From a virus (taxonomy: Duplodnaviria; Caudoviricetes), in IMG/VR virus record IMGVR_UViG_3300030060_000625, positions 1 to 53,690 of that record: 53,690 bases of DNA; one strand, 5' to 3'. Below are positions 27,096 through 34,312 of this stretch, piece by piece. The notes beneath the pieces are model-generated. The model searched no databases, had not been told where the DNA came from, and worked only from the letters and a program-made list of their open reading frames with translations. The translations under genes and the position numbers were made by a program. Numbering within the stretch: the stretch's first letter is position 1; every line of letters begins with the position of its first letter.

Positions 27096-27299
27096 TTACT
27101 TCTTCTTCATGGCCTTGCGTTTAGCGATGGCACCACCCTTGGACATATACTTCGTACCCTTCTTGGCTACGCCGCCCTTGGACATGTACTTGCTCTTCTT
27201 CTTACCAGCTACGGCTCCACCACGGGCCATGCCCTTGCTTTTCTTCTTAGGCACAGTGCCGCCCTTTGCCATATACTTACTTTTCTTTTTTGCCGCCAT
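27096..27299 (-). CDS. Lys-rich histone-like protein with four M[AS][KR]GG repeats (67 aa)
   Basis: GAGGA Shine-Dalgarno; repeats KYMAKGG, KGMARGG, KYMSKGG x2. Confidence 0.75.
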   Translation of the reverse strand: MAAKKKSKYMAKGGTVPKKKSKGMARGGAVAGKKKSKYMSKGGVAKKGTKYMSKGGAIAKRKAMKKK

Positions 27300-27963
27300 T
27301 TTTAGTATCCTCAGAATAAAGGTTGTTAAAAGTAATATTCGGATTCATATAACTGTTGTCTATCTCTGCCGAATGTATATACTGACTTGGTGCAAAGTCA
27401 GGAGCGCCCTCTCCAGTAACCCACAGTGCGGGATTCGTAACTCGTACCCTGTTATTAGGAAGTGCTATGATGTTGCCTGTGAACGGTCCAGCGTCTATTA
27501 GTTCTAACACATGAGATTGTTTGTGCTGTGCTGGGTCGTCAGATATGTAGCTGTCGGTGTAGTCCACCGTAAACATATATCTTCCTGTATAAAACTCTCC
27601 GTCTATCTTACACAGCCAAGGACTAGAGGACACTCTGTCCATAACAACAATAGCGTGATTTCTAGAAGAGCAGTCCCAAGGTTGGGCTAAGTGTGTGGGC
27701 ATCAACTCAGGCCACTCATCTAACACGGTATCTGCTACCATTGCAGTAATTGGCATCCTGGCCCACATTGCGCCACCGTGTACATTCTCTTCTTCGTCAC
27801 AACCTGTAAACACAACGTTAAAACTTAAACACCTATCTGGTATTGTGTTTACGGCTATTGCTAGTGCGTGTAAGTATTCTCCTTGATATTCTTGGTGATT
27901 GTTTGTAAATTCTTTTCGTACCCAACATTTAAAATGTGGGATGTTAGAAGCGAGGTATGTCAA
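27277..27963 (-). CDS. Conserved hypothetical phage protein (228 aa)
   Basis: HGGAMWARMPI, AQPWDC, YMFTVDY, HKQSH, ALPNNR pattern recognised from marine phages; function unknown. Confidence 0.75.
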   Translation of the reverse strand: MTYLASNIPHFKCWVRKEFTNNHQEYQGEYLHALAIAVNTIPDRCLSFNVVFTGCDEEENVHGGAMWARMPITAMVADTVLDEWPELMPTHLAQPWDCSSRNHAIVVMDRVSSSPWLCKIDGEFYTGRYMFTVDYTDSYISDDPAQHKQSHVLELIDAGPFTGNIIALPNNRVRVTNPALWVTGEGAPDFAPSQYIHSAEIDNSYMNPNITFNNLYSEDTKNGGKKEK

Positions 27964-27965
27964 AT

Positions 27966-28259
27966 TTAATCATCCATAAATTTTGATTTCCGTACACTAC
28001 CACCCGCTGCATATTGTTTTACATAGCCGCCACTATACATGTCACCGACTAATTTATCTTCCATCATACGTTCTTTACGAAAACGCCCTGCTTCTAGTTT
28101 TTGTTCTAGTTCTCCAACAGTAAGCTTGTTAGCATTGTTAGGCACAGGAATATTTTCTTTTTCCATTGCATCAATAATTGCTGCTTTCTGACTAACGGGG
28201 TCTTCAGGTCTTCCCTGTGTCCTGTCAGCTTCTAGTGCTTCTGCCTCATCTGCCATCAC
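27966..28259 (-). CDS. Hypothetical protein (97 aa) with two C-terminal xxGG motifs
   Basis: Coupled to TerS; MYSGGYV and YAAGGSV. Confidence 0.7.
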   Translation of the reverse strand: MMADEAEALEADRTQGRPEDPVSQKAAIIDAMEKENIPVPNNANKLTVGELEQKLEAGRFRKERMMEDKLVGDMYSGGYVKQYAAGGSVRKSKFMDD

Positions 28260-28675
28260 TCTGCTTCCTGTTCGATTATAATCTCTTTAGGTTTGTCTTT
28301 AGAAGGTAACATGACTATGCCGTGCATAACCTGTCCTTCTACTTCTAACTGTTGTTTCTTGCCAAGGCCAACTCTGTCAAGAACGGACTCTGCAGTTTTA
28401 AGGCGCATGTCCATTTGGTTTAACGGAATGGTGCCGTCTGCATCTAGTCCCTCTATAATACGATTAGCAGCCTTAACAGAGTTTGTTGCAAGCATACTAC
28501 GAGTACGCTCTATAATTTCGTCACGCAGTGACCTTGTTAACCAAGACCTAGATTGTTCTTTGTATCCAGCAGCAGCAACAGCGTTCTTAACATGACCACC
28601 GTTAGATAGTAACTCGTCAAGAAACCTCTCTTGTTTATCTGTTAACTTCCGTTTTTGTGTGGCTGGCAAGCTCAT
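28256..28675 (-). CDS. terS: Terminase small subunit (139 aa)
   Basis: LTDKQERFL...GGHVKNAVAAAGY helix-turn-helix; AESVLDRVG; first large gene of the packaging operon. Confidence 0.8.
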   Translation of the reverse strand: MSLPATQKRKLTDKQERFLDELLSNGGHVKNAVAAAGYKEQSRSWLTRSLRDEIIERTRSMLATNSVKAANRIIEGLDADGTIPLNQMDMRLKTAESVLDRVGLGKKQQLEVEGQVMHGIVMLPSKDKPKEIIIEQEAE

Positions 28676-29031
28676 GTTTAAGTTTGTTTATTCTTTTTTG
28701 TTGTCTTGTATTGTGTTTAAGTCTAGGAGCGTGTATATCTTTTGTTATATTATTTAGTACTTGCTCTAACTTTTGCCACAAACAGAAACGAAATCCCCCT
28801 GTTTGTTTTATAAGTTAACACCTGTATACTATGGAATTTGCGCGAACAGCAATGTACGTCTTAGTGTGTCACTGGAGTTTCGTCTTACGAACTGCGATCT
28901 CAACAATAACAAAAAAAGAAAATCTACATTACCATTCGCGCAAAACACTAAATGTTGGTGGAGAACATTTCCTTTGGTAAAATATAAATAATTATACTTG
29001 GTTGGATATGAACTTTTCCACCATGTATACC

Positions 29032-29059
29032 ATTATAACGTTGTATACGGGTTTGTCAA
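29032..29059 (-). promoter_or_regulatory. Sigma70-type promoter facing the late operon
   Basis: TTGACA-aacccgtatacaacgt(16)-TATAAT on the minus strand. Confidence 0.8.
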
Positions 29060-29070
29060 GAAAAAAATGC

Positions 29071-29098
29071 TTGACAGATTGCTCTGGAGCATTATAAT
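29071..29098 (+). promoter_or_regulatory. Sigma70-type promoter, divergent partner
   Basis: TTGACA-gattgctctggagcat(16)-TATAAT with an upstream A-tract. Confidence 0.75.
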
Positions 29099-29520
29099 GG
29101 TGGTAACACCTGCGGGCGGTGCAATACTATGTATATAGTACTATATTGTTATTGTCAACAAATAGGTTAACAAAGGTTAATATCGCTAAAAAAATATAAA
29201 AAATATAGCGGCATTGTATATACTAGTACGGGGGGGTGTAGTGGCCCATGCGCGCCCGTAGGCCAAAATCCCGCACACTCCTTCGGCGATGTCACCTAAA
29301 TCAATATAACTGTGTAAAGGTAAAACCCAGCCTTGCTGTAGCATGTCGGTGTAGTTTCCGTCACGTTACGCACCCGCGCGTATACGATAAGCTGACAAGT
29401 TGTAGGAAAAACAGACCTGTCGAGGGCAGGGGGGCGGTACATTTGCAACCATGCCAATAACTATACTCCCCTGTCCATTCAATCATTTATCGGGTTATTG
29501 CTACCAGTTCACGCACTCCC

Positions 29521-29552
29521 AAAAAAGAACCCCATAGCGTGAACTATGGGGT
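29521..29552 (-). terminator. Rho-independent terminator ending the early minus-strand block
   Basis: Perfect 9-bp stem ACCCCATAG/CTATGGGGT, 6-nt loop, followed on the minus strand by TCTTTTTT. Confidence 0.85.
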
Positions 29553-29579
29553 CAAGGTTCAGGGAGGTATTCGGTAACG

Positions 29580-29678
29580 TTAGAAGGCGAATATAATGTT
29601 GTTGGTTGCTGTAATTATGCTAATGACTACCCCTGCCAGACAGAGGCCAATCAGTGAATAAAAGAGTTTATTCTGCAT
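29580..29678 (-). CDS. Possible single-TM peptide (32 aa, MQNKLFYSLIGLCLAGVVISIITATNNIIFAF)
   Basis: Own translation; overlaps the upstream stop and ends just before the terminator. Confidence 0.4.
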   Translation of the reverse strand: MQNKLFYSLIGLCLAGVVISIITATNNIIFAF

Positions 29679-30108
29679 CGTATGCAATCTCATTAAATAG
29701 TTGTTTGGCTTCCCTCGCATCCTCAATAGCCTCCCGTTTCTTCTCAGCCTTGGACATCAATGCACGGGTTGCGGCAAGCTCCAGAGCGTTGGCATCTTGC
29801 TGGTCGAGCGTACCTTGGAGCGATGTCTTGAGACCATCAAGTACAAAGTCCACGGTCTTCTCGTTTACCTCGTGTTGATTGTAGCGGGCGGCGACCACAG
29901 TAAGAGTGATCTTCTCCGATGCCATTTTATTGGGATCTAGATCGGGGACCGCCCTGGCGAGGAAATTGTGCCATTGGGCAAGGGTGTTAAAGTCCGATGC
30001 CTTAACCGTCAATAGACGGCCTCCGAAGTTGGTTATTTCGTGGGTCATGTCTTCCCCTTCATCGTTGGTAAGCATTTCATTGGAGCAATAGAGCCTATCG
30101 ATTTGCAT
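29668..30108 (-). CDS. Hypothetical early protein (146 aa; alternative start at 30048)
   Basis: ORF coupled to the upstream gene (TAATG); an internal AAGGGG-ATG at 30048 is also plausible. Confidence 0.65.
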   Translation of the reverse strand: MQIDRLYCSNEMLTNDEGEDMTHEITNFGGRLLTVKASDFNTLAQWHNFLARAVPDLDPNKMASEKITLTVVAARYNQHEVNEKTVDFVLDGLKTSLQGTLDQQDANALELAATRALMSKAEKKREAIEDAREAKQLFNEIAYDAE

Positions 30109-30314
30109 TATGCCACCTCATCAATAACTAGCTTGAGGTTATCAATATGCTCAATCACCTCTGCTTTTTCGGTGTAGATGGTAACCTGATTATAAGACTC
30201 TTTTTGATCTTCCAGTTGCAAAGTGATCGCCCACCAATGACCGCTAGGACGTTTGTACTGGTTTGCGCTAATTGCCTTAACGGAAATAACGTCGTGGAAA
30301 TCAATTTTAGCCAT
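30108..30314 (-). CDS. Hypothetical early protein (68 aa)
   Basis: GAGGT Shine-Dalgarno upstream of the ATG. Confidence 0.7.
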   Translation of the reverse strand: MAKIDFHDVISVKAISANQYKRPSGHWWAITLQLEDQKESYNQVTIYTEKAEVIEHIDNLKLVIDEVA

Positions 30315-30334
30315 AATAATATACCTCAGTTTGT

Positions 30335-30369
30335 TTAAAAGTTAGGGCGGGTTGTTACGCCCGCCCCTA
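30335..30369 (-). terminator. GC-rich hairpin downstream of the DUF932 gene (terminator or processing/stabilising stem)
   Basis: GGGCGGG/CCCGCCC stem followed on the minus strand by TAACTTTT. Confidence 0.55.
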
Positions 30370-30453
30370 TTGTTTACGCGAAGAATACGAACAATGCAAC
30401 CAATATTACGGCTACAACGCCTAGCTTGTATATGCCAAGCACTAGTTCATAGA

Positions 30454-31575
30454 TCATGCGGCTACCAGTTCCTTGGCTTTTTCCAGGGCAATGGTTTTTG
30501 TATCTCTACCCATGCCACCATAAAATGCCTTCTCTAATCTATGGTCTGGACCGTGGTCACGCACTGGCTTGTGATCAGTCATGTAGGTTACCGTATTGAA
30601 GGCACCCCACAATGTCCCCTTGGCACTCTTCATGTCCCAGCCATAGTTGACGGCTGCGGAGGGAGCCTCAATCAATTCGGGATCGACCTCGATCTCCTCT
30701 AGGCTTTTACCTGCCATCAATGCCTCCACTTGCTCCTGCAATTTGGCAATGGTGACATCTTTGGTTTCTTTGCGCTTAGTCGCCGCTGGATTAAACTCTT
30801 GGCCACGGAAATATGCCATTGCCTTCCTGACACCTTCAGAGTGAATCACCTTGCCGCTGCTGTCGGTGCGTTCCTTGCCACTAAACACGGAGCGGAAAAA
30901 GTCTAGTTCCTCTTCTCCCGTCAGAACCTTCTTGGCCATTGCCTTGGCCAGTTCCTCGAACTCTCCGAAGTTTTGTGAACTAACACCAAGCGCGACCTTC
31001 AATGCCTCTGCATCGAATACGGCACGATGGTTGTGCGTCACGATGTCGTCAGCCTGTGACATGGCCAGCCGCATGGTATTGGCACAGACAACACGCACGG
31101 GTGTATTCAATGCGCTGTTGCTGTTCTTGCCAGTATGCGAGATTGTGAACAACAGATTGTTAACCACCTCGTCATCTTTACCCAGCATGAAGCCCTCTTT
31201 AGTCGTGGCCATGCACCACACTTTACGGCCACCAAACAAGCTGCCAGCGGTGTGCAAATACATCGAACCATCATCAATGAAGCTCTGAAAGAAATCGAAC
31301 AATTCGGTGTTCTGCACTGGCTTATAATCACCAGCAACATATTCTCCCAGAATTGCGCCATCAGATAAGCGCTCGATAAAATGGCTGTTCTCAATCGGCT
31401 CACTAGGATGATGCGAGTGCGTGGGCGGGTAGTGGTTCTGTGTCAATGCCACCTCCCAATCACATCCCGCTGCTGCCATCATCTCTGCAGGGGTCATCTC
31501 ATTGCTAACAGGATTTCCAAGACCGTGCCAAGGTACTTCATTGGCGAAGGCCATCGTTTCAACTTCATGAGACAT
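30454..31575 (-). CDS. DUF932 (phage/plasmid LGT_TIGR03299-like) protein
   Basis: MSHEVETMAF...PWHGLG, YKPVQN, TAGSLFGGRKVW, TPVRVVCANT, GTLWGAFNTVT; AAGGA Shine-Dalgarno before the ATG at 31575. Confidence 0.88.
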   Translation of the reverse strand: MSHEVETMAFANEVPWHGLGNPVSNEMTPAEMMAAAGCDWEVALTQNHYPPTHSHHPSEPIENSHFIERLSDGAILGEYVAGDYKPVQNTELFDFFQSFIDDGSMYLHTAGSLFGGRKVWCMATTKEGFMLGKDDEVVNNLLFTISHTGKNSNSALNTPVRVVCANTMRLAMSQADDIVTHNHRAVFDAEALKVALGVSSQNFGEFEELAKAMAKKVLTGEEELDFFRSVFSGKERTDSSGKVIHSEGVRKAMAYFRGQEFNPAATKRKETKDVTIAKLQEQVEALMAGKSLEEIEVDPELIEAPSAAVNYGWDMKSAKGTLWGAFNTVTYMTDHKPVRDHGPDHRLEKAFYGGMGRDTKTIALEKAKELVAA

Positions 31576-31620
31576 ATTCTTTCCTTTCATATGTCGGTCA
31601 CGGCATAATTGCCAGCAACC

Positions 31621-31648
31621 AATTTAATGGCTGGAGAATCCTTGTCAA
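31621..31648 (-). promoter_or_regulatory. Putative sigma70 promoter for the DUF932 unit
   Basis: TTGACA-aggattctccagccat(16)-TAAATT. Confidence 0.6.
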
Positions 31649-31810
31649 TAAATTTTATTAGATTGTCACGTTCTAGGCTTGGCTTATCGTGTTGCAAGCG
31701 GAGCGGAGCGAGGCGGCGGCGGCGACCGAGAAGCGGCGACGGAGCGAAACACCGACCGACCCGACTACGGCATCGCTCTGTGTTACGCCCCGCCCCATAA
31801 TAAAGTAATA

Positions 31811-31952
31811 GGCTGACAATTTTGTATTAGGCTGACAATTTTATTTTGTAATGGGCTGACAATTTTGTAACTCACCTTCAATAATTTCCCAGGAAAATTC
31901 ATATGCGGCATCCCAATTTAACCAGCCCTCATGATCACATAAATTGTCAGCC
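31811..31952. repeat. GGCTGACAATTT motif cluster A (three direct copies, one inverted)
   Basis: Copies start at 31811, 31830 and 31854; inverted AAATTGTCAGCC at 31941-31952. Confidence 0.9.
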
Positions 31953-32038
31953 ATAAGTTTAGCCTGATGATTTTGTGAAGGTTCTAGATCTAAATCTAAA
32001 TATAATTGTATCATGTCTTTAGTCCAGCTTTGCATCAA
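31841..32038 (-). CDS. Hypothetical protein (65 aa)
   Basis: ORF overlapping the upstream gene end; last gene of this unit. Confidence 0.5.
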   Translation of the reverse strand: MMQSWTKDMIQLYLDLDLEPSQNHQAKLMADNLCDHEGWLNWDAAYEFSWEIIEGELQNCQPITK

Positions 32039-32279
32039 TCCAGCGTCTAGCTTCTTCTAGCGCATCTTGTAATGATTCAAAATCATACCACCTATCTATA
32101 ACCTCAATCTCTTGCTGGCTTGCCACATTACGTATTACGGCAACCTCTCTAGTCTCGTAGAGTTTCTTGAGATTATCGGAGTTACGCTCCATCGTGCTGT
32201 GAACGTTAGAGGTATGATGGCAGATAGAAACAGTCATTCCTCTGTAGGTGCTGTGGATTAGATTATTACTATGTTCCAT
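32019..32279 (-). CDS. Hypothetical protein (86 aa)
   Basis: AAGGAG Shine-Dalgarno. Confidence 0.7.
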   Translation of the reverse strand: MEHSNNLIHSTYRGMTVSICHHTSNVHSTMERNSDNLKKLYETREVAVIRNVASQQEIEVIDRWYDFESLQDALEEARRWIDAKLD

Positions 32280-32290
32280 TGCTATTCTCC

Positions 32291-32455
32291 TTAGTCACTG
32301 TAGATGCCCACAAACGGATCAAAGACTACAACGGTATGTTTGTACTCTTTGGCCGCTTTCTTGGTTTTATGGAAAGTCACTGCACCATCACTATGTTGTA
32401 CTTTCCATTTGTTTTTACTAACCTTAGATATTAGTCGTATAGCTTGTCTCTGCAT
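32291..32455 (-). CDS. Hypothetical protein (54 aa; start adjusted)
   Basis: AAGGAG Shine-Dalgarno before the ATG at 32455. Confidence 0.6.
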   Translation of the reverse strand: MQRQAIRLISKVSKNKWKVQHSDGAVTFHKTKKAAKEYKHTVVVFDPFVGIYSD

Positions 32456-32465
32456 TATTCTCTCC

Positions 32466-32684
32466 TTATACAATCTCTACTTTAGCTTCTGTTTCCATCC
32501 AAACCTCCGCGCCACAAGATAGAGGCTTATCAGGACTGTATATGACTTTACAGGGACCGTCAATCTTTATTTCGTGTGCGTAGTTATTAGATTTATAAGT
32601 CTTAACCGTAAGAACGGGGTCTTTCTTCTTTTTCTTTCGGTTAGATTTTATAACATGTTGATTAACGTGTATCTTAGTTTTCAT
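32466..32684 (-). CDS. Conserved hypothetical phage protein (72 aa)
   Basis: IHVNQHVIKSN...PVLTVKTYKSN...YSPDKPLSCGA pattern common in marine phages. Confidence 0.75.
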   Translation of the reverse strand: MKTKIHVNQHVIKSNRKKKKKDPVLTVKTYKSNNYAHEIKIDGPCKVIYSPDKPLSCGAEVWMETEAKVEIV

Positions 32685-32697
32685 GGAACCTTACCTT

Positions 32698-32919
32698 TTA
32701 ACAAACCTGAACAGAGTAGCTAATGATGTCATCTTTATTGTAGTCATCATGTAGATCATCTGCACTCTCATATAGTACTGTGTGTTCGGTGTAGCCTTTA
32801 CCATTACAATCTAAGCACTCGAAACCTTCTGTTACATTGTCATCAGGTCCGTCTGCAATGAGATAAGCTACTAGGCCATCCTCACAGTTACCACATTTCA
32901 ATTTAATAGTCCACTTCAT
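32698..32919 (-). CDS. Small zinc-finger protein with a DnaJ-type CxxCxGxG motif (73 aa)
   Basis: CGNCEDG ... CLDCNGKG. Confidence 0.65.
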   Translation of the reverse strand: MKWTIKLKCGNCEDGLVAYLIADGPDDNVTEGFECLDCNGKGYTEHTVLYESADDLHDDYNKDDIISYSVQVC

Positions 32920-33209
32920 GTGAAGGCGACCATTACCTTATCGTTATCTTTAAAGCAATTCCTACCAAACCTATTACGACAGTAGTCCACTGCTTCCGAC
33001 TTCTTACGACACACTGTTACAGGCACCCAAAGTTTGTGTCTGGCATAAGGTGGTATCTTAGCTCTAAACTCATTTTGAGTTTCTGGTACGTAGGTATCGT
33101 CGCCAGCTAACCAGCAATACATACGCTCCCATACAACAAACTGTTGGTCATACTTGCGTTGTTGTATGTCAATATGTGTCTGCTCTTCTGAAATGTTATC
33201 TTCAACCAC
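32916..33209 (-). CDS. Hypothetical protein (~97 aa; start adjusted to GTG)
   Basis: AAGGA Shine-Dalgarno before the GTG at 33209; avoids a long overlap. Confidence 0.55.
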   Translation of the reverse strand: MVEDNISEEQTHIDIQQRKYDQQFVVWERMYCWLAGDDTYVPETQNEFRAKIPPYARHKLWVPVTVCRKKSEAVDYCRNRFGRNCFKDNDKVMVAFT

Positions 33210-33477
33210 TGTACTTTCCTTTCCTTGGTAGTTTGTATTGAAATAGTTTTTCGTCCCTAAGACGTAAGAAGTCAACAGACTGATCGTATGATTTCTTAGA
33301 GACAAGTTGTATTGCTCTCTCAAGCAATAGCATATCTGAGGTATCATTCCTATAAACACGTTTGAAATCTTCCCAAGATAACGGTTTAATATTAACTTCT
33401 TTCATTACACTCACATGTTCGTTCCAAAGACGTTTTCTCCTAGTGACTTGTCTAAGTATCTTTGCTTGCTCTAGCAT
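33202..33477 (-). CDS. Hypothetical protein (~91 aa; start adjusted)
   Basis: AGGAG Shine-Dalgarno before the ATG at 33477. Confidence 0.6.
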   Translation of the reverse strand: MLEQAKILRQVTRRKRLWNEHVSVMKEVNIKPLSWEDFKRVYRNDTSDMLLLERAIQLVSKKSYDQSVDFLRLRDEKLFQYKLPRKGKYSG

Positions 33478-34204
33478 TTTGTCTCTCCTGTAATCCTGCA
33501 ACCCTAGCAACTAACACATCAACATTGCAATCATCGCAGCAGCGACCTTCTGCAAGAGGCCACGGATTGTTACCATAACCTTTAAACGTTTCTTTGCAAA
33601 GACTGCAATCATATGTCTTAATAGATACAGGCCACCACTTAGGCTCTGGTCTTCTAGTCCAAACGGCAAAATCTTTTTTCTCTCCAATGTAGTATCTGCG
33701 GTAGGCATCAACTACATCATAAAAAGATTGCTGGTTTAAACGCTTACGTCGAACCGTTGCATCCTCTGCAAGTTCGATCCAACTATCTTTTGTTTTAGTA
33801 AACCTGTTCTTATACTTATCAGGCATACACATAGGCGGCACAGTTCGTCCTGTCTCTGTACCATTACAAATATTCTCAGGCACTTTTTGCAAAGCATCTA
33901 AGATACCTTTAGATTGAGTGGCGTGTACTTTGTCGTAACGGTAGGTGTACTCGTTGCAGAGTTCTTTTAACAGACGGTACGTCCAAGCATAATTGAATTG
34001 ATTTTCACGAACCCATTTCGTCATAGGGTGGTTGGCATACGCTGTCTTGTAAAGTCCCATTGCATCTGCTGCAACATCACCATCTAATAATCGGTGAGCG
34101 GTACACATCATTTGCGTTGTTTCAAGAACCATCTTGACCACATGCTTATCACAGTGATCTAATACTGCAAGCTCTGGGTTAGTTGAAAGAAAGAAGATAT
34201 TCAT
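33452..34204 (-). CDS. Pyrimidine-dimer DNA glycosylase (DenV/Pyr_excise-like) with a C-terminal Cys-rich domain (250 aa)
   Basis: MNIFFL...HCDKHVVKMVLE...NHPMTKW...EYTYRYDKVH...PMCMPDKY...AYRRYY; tail CSLC...GNNPWP...CCDDC. Confidence 0.75.
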   Translation of the reverse strand: MNIFFLSTNPELAVLDHCDKHVVKMVLETTQMMCTAHRLLDGDVAADAMGLYKTAYANHPMTKWVRENQFNYAWTYRLLKELCNEYTYRYDKVHATQSKGILDALQKVPENICNGTETGRTVPPMCMPDKYKNRFTKTKDSWIELAEDATVRRKRLNQQSFYDVVDAYRRYYIGEKKDFAVWTRRPEPKWWPVSIKTYDCSLCKETFKGYGNNPWPLAEGRCCDDCNVDVLVARVAGLQERQNARASKDT

Positions 34205-34259
34205 AACATTGTTTCCTTTGCATTGTTACATTATAAGAATAGATCAACTAAGCAATTTG

Positions 34260-34287
34260 ATTATGCACACTATAAATACCCTGTCAA
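34260..34287 (-). promoter_or_regulatory. Putative sigma70 promoter upstream of the DenV-like gene
   Basis: TTGACA-gggtatttatagtgtg(16)-CATAAT with extended -10 TG. Confidence 0.65.
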
Positions 34288-34312
34288 GCACTTTTATTAT
34301 AACGTTACATTA

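Noticed and set aside
29248-29460. 70-aa plus-strand ORF as the product of the 29071 promoter
   Set aside because: No recognisable motif and an atypical Arg/Cys-rich composition; cannot be supported, though the upstream G-run could act as a ribosome-binding site
31609-31800. 63-aa Arg-rich plus-strand ORF
   Set aside because: Arises from the low-complexity GC island, has a TTG start with no Shine-Dalgarno, and opposes the local gene direction
34244-34271. dif-like site (minus strand AGTGTGCATAA resembles the XerC arm)
   Set aside because: The XerD arm does not match TTATGTTAAAT, and the sequence is explained by the promoter -10 box
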